In this document: positions 7,980 through 19,084 of the stretch, one piece after another
Layout of the letters: the number at the start of each line of letters is the position of its first letter
How positions within the stretch are numbered: position 1 is the first letter of the stretch
Source of the DNA: Prasinococcaceae sp. CCMP 1430
Lineage: Eukaryota; Plantae; Prasinodermophyta
Assembly (NCBI GenBank): GCA_013416795.1
Contig: RQSC01000154.1
Location: 1-47,658, forward strand
DNA length: 47,658 nt
Direction: 5' to 3'
Translations under genes and position numbers: made by a program
Notes under the pieces: model-generated
The model's input: only the letters and a program-made list of their open reading frames with translations
What the model was told of the DNA's origin: nothing
Databases searched by the model: none

Positions 7980-9767
7980 ATGTCGCCGGACGTGTCAGCC
8001 CTCGCGGTGGGGGTGCCGGGCGTACGCGGACGATTTTGATTTTGATTTTGATTTTATTATTTTCGTCAAATTTTTGTGTTGGTTTGGGACGCTTGGGTTT
8101 AGGTTTGGGTTTGAGGTTAGATTGTAAACCCTAGAGTGCGCGCCCTGGTTCTAGAAGCTGCGGGCGTGGCGGCGGCTGGCGGCGGCGGCGGCGGCGGCGG
8201 CACACGCCGCCCGCCGCGCGGTGCGCAGGTGAGGGCGAGGGCGAGGGGAAGGGGAAGGCCGCGGTCAAGGGCGAGAGCGAGGAAAAGGGAGGGGGCGAGG
8301 CGGGCGGCGCGGCACTGGATGCGGCGGCTCTGGACTCCAGCGCACCGCTCGACCAGTCGCAGCCTGCCAGGGCCGCCGCGGCGGCCGAGGCCGCCGCCGC
8401 CGTGCCGCCCGACGTGGACCCGGTCGCTTTCAACTCCGCGGAGGCCGTGGCGGCGCGCACGCGCGTGCTCGAGCTCACGCGCTCCGGGCCTGAGCGCGTG
8501 GAGGTCGAGCAGCTGCCGGGCTGGTTCTATCCCAAGTTTCTCGATCGCCTGCCCGCGCTCTTCGGCCGCATGAGCGCCTTCAATGGCCCGATCATCTACT
8601 TCACCGGCGCGCTCTGGGCGGAGACGCAGGGGGCCGAGTTCGACTCGGTGCGCGCGCAGTGGCTCGTGTGGATGGCGCTTGGCTTTTACGTCGTTTACCG
8701 CGTGCGCCTCTGGCTCTGGCGGCGCAACAGGCGCAAGGAGCTCCAGGGGGAGGTTGCGGCCGCGGCGGCCGACAGCGACGCTGCGGCGGAGGGCGTTGAC
8801 GGATCCAGTGCGGATCCCGAAGCCGAGATCGCCGCGCTGCGCACGCGACAGGCCAAGTACGAGTGGCGGCGCTCGAAGCGCGATGCGTGGCTGGACATGT
8901 GCCTGTCGCAACAGATGCTGCTGCCTGCGGGCATGGCTGGGCAGGTGACTATGCTGTGGGTGCTGCCGGCAGTGTGGCTCGCGCGTTGGATCGCGCACGC
9001 CGACCCGCCCTTCCAGTGGCTGCGCCTGGCGCGTGGCGCGGCGACCAACGCCCTGATGCTGGTGTGCGCACCGGTCGCGCTCGCAAGCATGCTCTACGCC
9101 GGGGTGGCGTCGCTCGCCCAGCTTGTGCAGCTCGTCCCCACCGACCCCACGAAGGCCCTCATGCTCACGCCCATGAGCCTGCTCGTTTCGTACACGGTGA
9201 ACCTCGCGCCGTCGGGGCTGTTGTACAAAGCTATCGTCGCGCAGTGGCGCCGCATGCGCAACTGGCAGCGCTGGAGTCGCCAACTCAAGGAGGCTAAGGT
9301 GCGCAGCGCGTGCAGGCGCGCTCTCGCAGGCGATCGCACCTCATTCGGAGCTGCGGCTGGCCGGCGCGCTCGCCCGGCCGCGCGCGCGCGTTGAGCGCGC
9401 GACGCTGACGCGCGCTGCGCGCGCCTCTCTGCAGGAGGAGGCGGCCATCGCGGCCGGTGCGCCGCAGCCGACCAAGGCCCACCCGATGGAGAAGTTTGTG
9501 TGGATTGCGCTGTTCGTGGGGGCCATTGCATTCTCCATGAGCTTCCCCAAGAGATGGTTCAGCGACTTGCCTATCACGGGCATCTTCATCCTGCAGTGGT
9601 GGAACTCGGCCCGGCGCTCCGCGGGCGGCGAGGGCGTCTTCGACGCGGCAATTGACGTCATGATTAACAAGGGCGTCTCCAAGGAGGCGAAGGAGGCGGC
9701 CAAGGAGGTAAAGGACCGCCAGGCGGCGGTAGAGGGCACGGCGCCCCCCCCACCGGCAGCCGCGTAG
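7980..9767 (+). CDS. Unknown multi-pass membrane protein, probably organelle-targeted; proposed exons 7980-8021, 8135-9298, 9435-9767
   Basis: Several hydrophobic segments in ORFs 8402..9394 and 9486..9767 are joined by intron 9299-9434 (GTGCGC..CTGAC..GCAG, phase 0). The first exon is inferred from GTACGC at 8022 and TAG ending at 8134, giving an Arg/Ala/Ser-rich N-terminus. Confidence 0.65.
8126..8133 (+). promoter_or_regulatory. Telo-box-like AAACCCTA within a degenerate telomere-like tract (about 8080-8134)
   Basis: Exact AAACCCTA, preceded by GGGTTTAGGTTTGGGTTTGAGGTTAG. Confidence 0.4.
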
Positions 9768-9893
9768 GAGGGCGTCTGGTTGCGAGCCGCGCGCTCGAGC
9801 GAGGCAGCGCAGCAGCTCTATTTTGGAAGCAAATTTGATTATTATCAGCACTGCGCCGCGCCCCACTGCCCGTCCGGTGAGGCCGTGCGCGCC

Positions 9894-11156
9894 TCACCTG
9901 TAGAATTTCTTCCTCACGAGTCCCTGGAAAAAGTCGAGGCTAGCAGATAGCTCGCGTCGAGAGAGGCGGTACGGCCCGTCCTGTCAGCGCTGCGCATGCA
10001 TGCTGGTGTGCGAGACGCGCGGGCGACGCGCACGCGGGCGGGGGCAGCGCTTGTACGGCACTGAGCTGCGAGAGACATGCTGTACGTCACCTGGGAGTGC
10101 TACTACGTACCTGTTGCCGTCGGGGTGGAGCTCGTATCTCTCGCCGGAGGCGTCCTCGGCCAGCAGGTAGCCACCAGGCGTGAGGCCCTTGATCACCATC
10201 CGCAGGGATGAGCCGGCCTCCAGGAGGGTCACACGCTGGTTCGTGTGCAGCCAACTTGCTGTGTACTCGTCCTCGAGGGCCTGGAAGCCGCGCTCGCGCA
10301 TCCGTGCCTCCAGTGACTCGTACTCCCGGAGCGTGGCGGCAAGCAGAGCTTCACGGCTGAGCAGCGGCGCGTCCGACTCTCCTCCAGTCGCCTCCCTGAG
10401 CAGCGCATTGACGCACGTGGTTGGCTCCTCGTTGCTGACATTCACACCGAAGCCGATTGCGACGCGAAAGGTGCCGCCGGCATAGGTGCTCTGGCACAGT
10501 ACGCCGCCGATCTTGTGCTTCCCGGCGTAGAGATCATTGGGCCACTTGATGCGCACGCCCAGGTCGCGGCTGGTGAGCGTGCGCAGCGCCCGAATGACCG
10601 CGAGCGAGATGACGTACTGCACGTGCGGCAGCGTTGCGCCGTCGTGCCACTCGGTAACGAATGTCGCGCACAGGCATCCGCGCGGCGACGTCCACGCATT
10701 GCCGCCCCGACCAACGCCAGAGCGTTGAACGTCTGCGACCACGACCGCGCCGTCGACGAACGCGCCCATGTTGTTGTAAATGATTGGCTGCGTCGACGGA
10801 ACGACAGCCGCGTAGTGGCACACGGCGCCAATGCGCGGCGCTCCGTCCCCGCTCTGTTGCAGCGTGGCGAAGTACGCCGACGTGTCGAACTCGCAGCCGC
10901 CAGCTTGCCCCGAGCTGCCGAACGACACGTGCACCCGCGCAGCCGCCACGTCCTCTGCGCTTGCGTCGCCACCTGCGGAGCTCAACGACGCGGCCTTGCC
11001 CGCCGCGCCCTTCCGTTCCACGCGCAGGGAGCCCTCAGCACTCCCGGCGGCGGCGGCGTACGCCACTCGGGCGCGCTCGAGCGCCGCCGGCGCGACAGCC
11101 GCCGTGCACACCTCGTCCACGCCGCTCTCCTGCGCGGGGGCGCCGGCGCCGCCCAT
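9894..11156 (-). CDS. BPL1: Biotin-protein ligase / holocarboxylase synthetase; exons 11156-10111 and 9939-9894
   Basis: QRSGVGRGGNAWTSP, IKWPNDLY and KIGGVLCQS. Splicing gives ELHPDGNSLDFFQGLVRKK, matching the plant HCS C-terminus. Confidence 0.95.
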
Positions 11157-11522
11157 CGCCACAGCCGCGGACCGCTGGCACGCGGCGCGCGCGAAGGCGC
11201 GCGGCGCGCACGCAGGCACCCGCTCCCGCCGCGGCCGCCCGTAGCATGCACCACAGGGGCCCGCCCCGCCCACGTCACCCCCTTCCCACCCCACGCCCTG
11301 CGCGCAGCGCGCGGTGTGGTGGCCGCCAGCGGCCTCTGCATCTCCGCCGCTCGCCGCTCACCCGGGTCTACTCCGAACAAATACAGTACTCCCAAGGTTG
11401 AACGGGAAGCAACCCGGTGTGCGTGAGCTACTCGGGTCTAATCCGGGGAAATTTCGGAGTCGAAGGCGCTTCCATCTTCGCTTGCGATGGGTATTACTGT
11501 ATGTACACTTACACGGGGTGGC

Positions 11523-12174
11523 CTACCGGTGGTGCGTGCGGCACAGGGGGCAGGCGGCGCTCCTGTAGGCCCACTGCGTGGCGCACTTGGCGCACAGGGC
11601 GTGGCCACAGCCGCCGTACACCGCCACCTCTTCCAAGCCGTCGTCGCCCCCGAGCCCGCGAAAGCACACCGGGCACTCGGCGGCGAGGAGGCCTGCGAGC
11701 GACTGATACGAGGACGAGCCGTGCATGCTGCCGCCAGCCACCGAACTGTGAGGGGGAAAAGGCCGTCGTTGGCGAGTTGTAGGGGGTATGAGGAAGAGGT
11801 GGGAGTGCGGCCAGGGGCGTCAGTCGAAGTGTGTGTGTGCGCGCGCGCGAGCGAGCGAGCGCGTGAGTGAGCGTGGCGTGGACGCCTGCGCGGCGGGAAA
11901 CGGCGCACCTGAGTTCGCTCATGCTGTCGTCGCCACGTTCGCTCTCAGGCACAAATATGCTCCCATCGTCGACGGCCTCGCTGAATGCCACGAGCGGGGG
12001 GCGGCGTCGGTGCATGCCGCACCGCCGGTGGAGGCTGGACAGCGCGCCTCCCACCTTGCACACCACCTCCAAGCCTCCGACCGAGGCGATCGCCAGCTGC
12101 GCGAGCGGCCCAGCGCCGGCCAAAGTCGCGGCGGCGCCGAGCCACGCGAGCGGGTATATGCTCGTTCTGCTCAT
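11523..12174 (-). CDS. Small RING-HC (C3HC4) protein with hydrophobic N-terminus; exons 12174-11909 and 11745-11523
   Basis: CPVC..CGHALCAKC..CPLC. A GTGCG donor and CAG acceptor (phase 2) give an open 162-aa product. TGTAA lies just downstream. Confidence 0.8.
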
Positions 12175-12815
12175 GTCTGTTGCCACTGAGGCCGCTGCCG
12201 CGACCGCTCGCGCGCGCGCGGCCCGCTCGGGGAGCCCCGGCGCGCGTGTGCCGGCCCGCTCGAGGGTCGGTTTGTCGGTTCCGGTCCCCCGCGACCACGG
12301 GAATTCGCCCGCGCCTGCGCGGATCTCCGCATGGCGGCGAACCCGCGCAACCGCGGCCCCGCCGCTCTTTCGCGCGGCGCCGGCCGCGGTTTCGGATCTT
12401 CGCCGGGCCGGCGCGATCTGCCGGGCGCGGATTGATAAGATTGGGATTGCGCGCGTGCGCGCGCCGCGCGCGCGCCCACCTCACCAGCAATCAACTGATA
12501 GGGTTCAACACACAGATCAAAGTACCTTCAGAAAAAACGGAGTGCGCGCGGAATTGCACCCCAAACGCGCGCGTACTGATGGTACCATCTGATGGTTCGG
12601 CGCAACGGCGCGAGCGCCAGCGTCCGACCGAACCGTTTCGCTTCCCCTCCAGGCTGGCCTGGCGAGGCGTCGGTCGGCAGCGAGAGTGACCAACTGCGTT
12701 GCTGTTGGTTGTGGCATGTCGCTACTGGCTGGCTGGCTCGCCTTGCTTGCGGGGTTTGCCACAGACAGACAGAGAGAATTCAATCAATCGATCGGCAACG
12801 GACATCGGGCCGGAC

Positions 12816-12840
12816 ATCGATCGATCGATCGATCGATCGA
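12816..12840. repeat. (ATCG)6 palindromic microsatellite
   Basis: Directly visible in the RING/TPR divergent intergenic region. Confidence 0.9.
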
Positions 12841-13193
12841 GGACCTCTCGCACCGACTGACGGACTGACAGGTGGGCTTGGGGACCCGTCCCGGATGGGC
12901 GACACCCGCGCTCCCGCCGCTTCCGCCGCCGCGGGGACCGCGCGCTTGCAGGAACGGACCCGGAAACGGACAGACGCCGCGCCGGCCGCAACGGCCCTCG
13001 CGCGCCGCGGCCGATCGCGCGGGCGTTTGTCGGCGTCGCCTTTCGCGCAGCGTTCCGCGCGCGCGCGCGCGCTCGAGCGCATGCCATTTGACCTGTCGAT
13101 GCGCGAACGCGTGTGGATACTGACAGGCTCCCTCTGCCCGCGCCTGGAGTAAAATACGGTTCGGACATTCGCAGACTTGGGTCCTACCTTTGG

Positions 13194-14799
13194 ATGAATG
13201 CGATAATCCGCGCCACGAATCTGCCACGTAGGCGCCACGCGGCGCGGCGCGGCGCTGCAGCGCGGGGGGGGGGGGCGAGCGCTGGCCGCGCGAGCGCTGA
13301 CGCCGCCCGCCCCGCGCGGCGCCGTGCGACGCTCGCTCCGCAGTCGGGCGAGTTCCTCAAGGCCGCTGCGACGTACACCAAGGCGATCAAGTCGGCAGGC
13401 AAGGATGCGGCCAAGGACAAGGCCCTCGCGCCTGTCTACTCCAACCGCTCGGCGGCCTTCCTCAAGCTCAACAAGCTGAAGCAGGCGCTCGCGGATGCGA
13501 ACACGTGCACCGAGATCAAGCCCGAGTGGGAGAAGGGTGCGCTGCGCTCAAACAGAAGTGTGCCGCGCCGCCCGGAGCTGCGGCGCTCGGCGCTGACACA
13601 ATGCGCAACGCCTGCTTCCCCCTCCCGCAGGCTGGTTCCGCAAGGGCATGGCGCACGAGGCGCTGGCTGCCGTGGGTGGCGACGCCGCTGTCGAGCGCAA
13701 GGCCGCTGAGGCAGCCTATGCCAAGGCGGCCGAGCTCGCACCCGAGTCGAAGGACATCGCCGCCAAGGCCAAGGCGGCAGGCGGCAGGCAGAGGCGGAGC
13801 AACAAGCCTGGCCGCGCGGCGGCCGCTGCTGAAGCCTCTGCTGCCGACAAGTTCGCCTTCCCTGAGGTGCAGGCGCGCGCCAAGGCGCGCGGCGACAAGG
13901 CATGGGCCACCGACGAGCTGGGCCGGGGCGAGAAGGCCTGGCTCGAGGCCGCCCGCGCTCCCTCCAAGCTCAAGGGCGAGGACATCGCCCATGCGCCCGA
14001 GTTTGTGACCTCGCTCGTCAAGGCCGGCGAGGCCGTCAACGCCATCGGCCACTGGATGGGCGCGTACCTGCAGCTCGCGCAGAAGCAGAAGCCGACCAAC
14101 GCGCCGTGGTTCTACGAGGCGCCAGGTTTGGTCCAGATGCTCGACCTCGGTCTGTGGCAATGTCTCCTCGACGCGCTCGGCCATGTCGTGCTGGTGATCA
14201 TCGGGGCCGAGTCGCAGAAGGGGTCGTCCGTGGCGGACGCCGCTGCAGAGGCGGGCGCGGCGCTGGCGCACGCGTGCGCGGGCGTGCTGCACAACCTCCT
14301 GGGCCCCTCGCTGCGCGCCTGGCCCTCGCGCCAGGAGCACACGCAGCTCCTTGTCGCGTTCATGAAGGTGTGCGAGACCGAAAACACATTCCTGACCCTC
14401 CCGCCTGGCACAGAGGTGCCGCGCTCGGCTGAGATGGGCAAGTTCCTCACGCTTGCGGGGCAGCTGCTCGGCGATGCCGAGGCGTTCGCTGCGCTCACGG
14501 GCCACGCGCTCCTCACGCGCGTGCGCCTGAACATCCTACGCGCGCAAACCGCGCACGCGCGCGCTACCACCGACGCCGACAAGGAGAAGTGGAACAAGGA
14601 GGCGGTGGCCTCCGCCAGGGTGCTCGTGCTGCTGCTGCGCGTGCGCGAGGCGGGAAAATGGGAGGCGGTCGCCGAGCCCCTCTGCGATACCGAGGGGGCC
14701 AAGTCCTTCCACGGGGAGGTGGCTGGCTGCGTCACTCAGCACGAGATCCTGGCCAACGCCGCGCCGAAGTTCGGCTTCACGGGCTCATTCGGCCTGTAA
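13194..14799 (+). CDS. TPR-repeat protein with unknown C-terminal region; intron 13537-13630; true 5' end uncertain
   Basis: GEFLKAAATYTKAIK, YSNRSAAFLKL, ALADA and WEKG/WFRKGMA TPR motifs. The splice restores KGWFRKG. A CTGAC branch and CAG ending at 13343 suggest a further upstream exon. Confidence 0.8.
14795..14799 (+). promoter_or_regulatory. TGTAA polyadenylation signal overlapping the stop codon
   Basis: UGUAA is the established chlorophyte poly(A) signal. The same motif recurs at or behind other genes (4901-, 11509-, 14944-, 17581+, 23129+, 38939-, 43241+). Confidence 0.6.
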
Positions 14800-14991
14800 G
14801 GATTTTTCAGAATCGCCGCTTGGGCACGGTGCCACGCACTGCTCTTCTGCGCGCCCACGCCTGCGTCGCCCGCGCGCCCCAGCGCGCTGGGGCGCAATGC
14901 GCTCACGGGCAGCAAGCGGCTGCTGAGTCATTGCAGCACAATATTACATCAAATGGTACAACAGACTCCCTCCACCGGGCCAATGAGTGTG

Positions 14992-16193
14992 TCACGTTCG
15001 CGGGACAACGGGCGCCGAGTGGCGGAGGTTGATGTTGATCCGGCGCCTCGCCAGCCATTGGTCTGCTGCCACCGACGCCTGGTGGTGGACATCGCCAGCA
15101 CGCAACGTGGCATCGTCAGCTGCGCCGCAGCCGCTCGCGCGCCTCGCGGCATCTGGGCGAGCTCGGAGCCTCTGCCCGACCTCGGCATCCTCCTTGCCTT
15201 CCTCTTTTGCATCGCCAGTGAGGATTCTCGGCACCGCGTGGTAGTGAAATCTGGCCGGACCGCTGAGCAACAGCACGTCGCCGCTCCTGAGGAGCAGCGG
15301 CGTGGGCTCCGTTTGTTTGTCTTCGCCTCCAATGAGGAACACGCACGGCACGCCGAGCGATACGCTCACGATTGGCTGTGATAGATCCTCCTCGGTGTCG
15401 TCTTTGTGGAAACACAAGCGGTCGGAGACACCCGCGTAGAAGTTCACGATTGCGGCGTCGAATACTGGCTCGCGTTCGCAATTGCGCGCGAGTGCACCTG
15501 ACGCATGCGCAAGGCGGACGATGCGGGAACCAAGCTCTCTGAGTTCCTCAGGGAGCTTGCGCGAAGTCTCCACCACATCCTCTGCCGCCGCCGCGCCGGC
15601 CACATCGTATCCGCGCGAGTTCCAGTTGAACTGCCTGCCGAGCGTGGTCCACCGCAGGCGCCCGCTCTTGCGCCCTGCCGGCGCTGCGAGGCTGGCCCAT
15701 GCGGGGGCGCGGCCGTGTGTGGCTGTGTACCAGCGTTCCCTCTGGCTCGGGTCGTCGTGCGCATCCATGTTGCAGCCGGCAAGCTCAGGCGACAGCCAGT
15801 CATCGAGGGCGCGCGTCGCCAGCGCAGCAGCGACCCCCTTGCCTACTGCCTCTGGGAGCACGACCACGCCCGGCGCGCTCTTGAGCGTGCAGCACCTCTG
15901 CCCGCCCGCGCACTTCGTCTCAACACCGTGGCGCGTCCGCGAGCGCTCGCAGTCGAAGTCCACGATGGCATCGCTCGCCGGCGCGTGCAGCGCCGCCGTG
16001 CGCACCGGCACGAGCCGCACGCGTCTCCCCGGGGGGTGTAACGGGGTCCTGTTAGCTCGCGCCGCCGCCGTGACCGCTCGGCGCGCACGAGCGCGAAGCG
16101 CTTCTCCGCTGCGCGCAGCGCCGTGCGCTCGGCTGGGGAAGACGCCTCGCCGGGGCTGCTCTCCTGGCCCCCAGCTGCTGCCGCCGCCGCCAT
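14992..16193 (-). CDS. ALKBH1: AlkB-family Fe(II)/2OG dioxygenase, ALKBH1-like; frame join near 15974-16020
   Basis: LRWTTLGRQFNW, AAIVNFY, HKDD (HxD), IVSVSLG, LRSGDVLLLSG, YHAVPRI and RININLR. The N-terminal ERTALRAAEKRF motif is in another frame and can be joined by a 47-nt GT-AG intron. Confidence 0.9.
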
Positions 16194-16478
16194 CGCGGCG
16201 CAGTGTGGCACGCGCGACGGTGAAAACCAGAACGCGGACGGGTGTGGACGGCGGCGGACGCACCACACAGCGCTCGCTCGGCGGCTCAGCCCTCTCTGGC
16301 GTGCGCTTGCTGCTCGCTTGCTCGTGCGCGTGTCAAGTGGCGGCACGTGGCGCGGCGCGCGGCGTGATGCGCGTGATGCATGGCTAGCTAGGCGCTCGCT
16401 GGTTGGCGTGCGAGTGCGTCGATCGTGGGGAGAAGGTGCATGTGACTTTTCGAGTGTAGGGTGGAGTCGTCCGCCGTG

Positions 16479-17585
16479 ATGTCGAGCGCGCGACGCAGGG
16501 GCACGGATGGCCGGCTGCTGCTCCTTTGGGGGTTCGCGCTAGCGCTCGCGCCGCTGGCAGTGGGCTCTGCCGCCCGAGACGCGTACGCAACGCTGGGCGT
16601 GGCACGCTCTGCGAGCGCGTCGCAGATCCGCAGCGCCTTCCGCAGTAGGGCGCTCACCCTGCATCCAGACAAAAATCCGCCAGAGAAGCGCGCCGCCGCC
16701 GAGCGCAAGTTCGCCGCCCTCGGTGAGGCGTACGAGACGCTGAGCGATCCCGCGAAGAGGCGGGCATACGACGCCGCCGGGGGCGCCGCTAGGAGTGGCC
16801 AAGGAGTTGCAACAAGTCGCGCGCAGCAGCAGCCGTACTGGAAGGGGAGACGCCCTCCTGGCTTCAGCGGTGGTGATGGCGGCGGCGGCCGTGGGCGCAC
16901 TTCCCAGCAGCAGCAGCGGGAGCAGCAGCAGGAGCAGGAGCAGCGAAAGCAGAGGCAGAAACGGGAGAAGCAGAAGCAGAAGCAGAGCAAGAAGCAGTCG
17001 CAGTCGCAGTCGCAGCAGCACCAGCACCAACAGCAGCAGCAGCAAAGGACGACGAAATCGCAATACGCGGGCGAACACATGCATGAGACGCCCGAGCAGT
17101 CATCCGCGCCTCAGGCAGAACCAGAGCGCCTGCCCGCGCCACTCTCTCGTGCAGTCGCAGACGAGCAGTGCCCCATAGGCTCGCCGCTGTGTGTGCTGTT
17201 GGTCATGCCTCACGTGTCGTTGCAGAGCCGCGTGGACTCGATATATCAGGCGCTGCGGACGGCAGCAGAATTGCGATTGAACGATGGGAGCGCACTGCGT
17301 GTGTCCTTCGTTGACAGCAACGCCGAGCCGACGCTGGCGAGTGCCATGTACGTCTTGCAGGCCGACGCCTCGCGCGCGCGCGCTGGCGGCAAGCCTCAGC
17401 CCAGCCTGTGGGGGCGCGACGTCACGGTCGTTGCATACAAGCGGAAACATGCGGGCGCGGAGCGCGCGGCCGTGCTAACAGGCTCCGCATCACCCACCAA
17501 CGCGGTCGCCTTCGCGCGCTCGGCTGTCGGCGGGGACCTGAGCTTCGTGAGCACTTCCGGCGATCTCATGCGGCACCTATTGTAA
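16479..17585 (+). CDS. Secretory-pathway DnaJ (J-domain) protein with Gln-rich linker and possible thioredoxin-like C-terminal domain
   Basis: Hydrophobic signal-like N-terminus; [41 protein letters not shown]. Confidence 0.9.
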   Translation: MSSARRRGTDGRLLLLWGFALALAPLAVGSAARDAYATLGVARSASASQIRSAFRSRALTLHPDKNPPEKRAAAERKFAALGEAYETLSDPAKRRAYDAAGGAARSGQGVATSRAQQQPYWKGRRPPGFSGGDGGGGRGRTSQQQQREQQQEQEQRKQRQKREKQKQKQSKKQSQSQSQQHQHQQQQQQRTTKSQYAGEHMHETPEQSSAPQAEPERLPAPLSRAVADEQCPIGSPLCVLLVMPHVSLQSRVDSIYQALRTAAELRLNDGSALRVSFVDSNAEPTLASAMYVLQADASRARAGGKPQPSLWGRDVTVVAYKRKHAGAERAAVLTGSASPTNAVAFARSAVGGDLSFVSTSGDLMRHLL

Positions 17586-17604
17586 ACGAAAAATTATACA
17601 TTGC

Positions 17605-18713
17605 TCATAGCTTCGCGCGCTCCCCTCGTGCGCCACCTTTGCCCCCGCCCGTCTTGGAGCGCGCCCTCGCCACTTTGAGCGTGCGCCTGAAGTCATCGGA
17701 CATGAGCGCCTTGAGGATTGTCTCGTTTTCTTCGTCGAGGATGGCCTCCAGCGCCGCACGCTCGCGTGTGTGCATGAGGGCTTTTGATGCGCGCAGCGCC
17801 TGTTGATTCGGATGGGAGGCTAGGCGCCCGCCGAGATCAAGGGCCTGCGGCAACGACGCCATGCAGGGAATGTGGCAAGCGGCGAGCGGCGCACGGCCGC
17901 GCGCACACCACGTGCGCTCGTTAGCGACGAGAGCAGGCTGCCAGCATCGCGCGAAGCGCCCGAGGCCGAGCGCCAACGAGGCGTGAGTGGCTCGTGTCAG
18001 CCAACACATCGCACCTTACTCATGAGCTCCGCTGGCGGTACAATCGCGTTGACGAGAGGCCGGACCTCCTCTGGGCCGAACCAATCTCCAAAGAGGAGGA
18101 TCTCCTTGGCCTTTGCCGGGCCCAGAGCTGCCGCGAGGCGTTTCGAACTCGTGAGCTCCGGCGTGATGGCAAGGTCCGAGAAGGGCAGCTTGAACTTTGC
18201 CGCCGTGGAGCACACGACGAGGTCGTGGTACAAAAGCGCCATGTTCGCGCCACCGCCGATGGCCATGCCGTTGACTGCGACCACACTGGGCTTTGGGAAG
18301 TCGTGGAAGGCCAGCGAGAGTGACTTGCACGCTATGTCGGTCTGCGTAGGGGCCCTTTGGCGCGCGAGGTGTGCCTCGCGCAGGTCCTCGGGCAGGTGCA
18401 CGACGTGCGGCCGCGGCTCGGCCCAGTCTGCGCCCGCGCAGAACGCGCGGCCCTCGCCCGTCCAGAGCGCCGCATGCACAGCATCGTCGCGAGTCATGTG
18501 CTCGAGCAGGACGAACATTTCCCAGATGGTGTTCTGCCGCATCGGATTGAGCTTCTCTGGCTGCGCATACGTGCACACCGCCAGGCCGTTTTTGAGCAGC
18601 TCGTAGCGGATCGAGCGCAGCGCGTACGGTCGCCTCTCGTCCCCAGCGCCGAACGCCCACACGACACCCAGCCCCGCGTCTTCCGCTCCACCCGGCGCGC
18701 CGCCGCCCGCCAT
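17605..18713 (-). CDS. Crotonase-family enoyl-CoA hydratase/isomerase with C-terminal PTS1 (AKL), probably peroxisomal; exons 18713-18015 and 17844-17605
   Basis: TGEGRAFCAGAD, FPKPSVVAVNGMAIGGG, AKFKLPFSDLAITPE and AKEILLFG. Phase-0 splice gives LMSK/ALDLG. The protein ends in AKL. Confidence 0.9.
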
Positions 18714-19084
18714 CGTCTCGCCCGCATGCGTCGAGCACCACCACGACACACCACACCACCACACCACACACACACACACACACCTCCTCTCCCACTCTCG
18801 CCCTCCGGCCGCTCCTGGCGCCTCCCACCACCACCCCCTGCGCCGCCCGCGCGGCGTGTGGCACACCCCCACCCCCCACCCCCCTCACCCCCGCCCGCTT
18901 TGGGTCGTGCTTGTTTCAGGTTTCATCACGTCTTGAATTCATTCCAAACATACTTGCGCTTTCAGGGTTTACAGTACAGTTGTAACAACGTCATGCTCCT
19001 GTCGGCGCCCTGTGCTCATACCACTGCGTTCGCCGACGCGGCAATTGCGTCTATGTAAACCCTCCTCATGCATTTGTGACCTGA

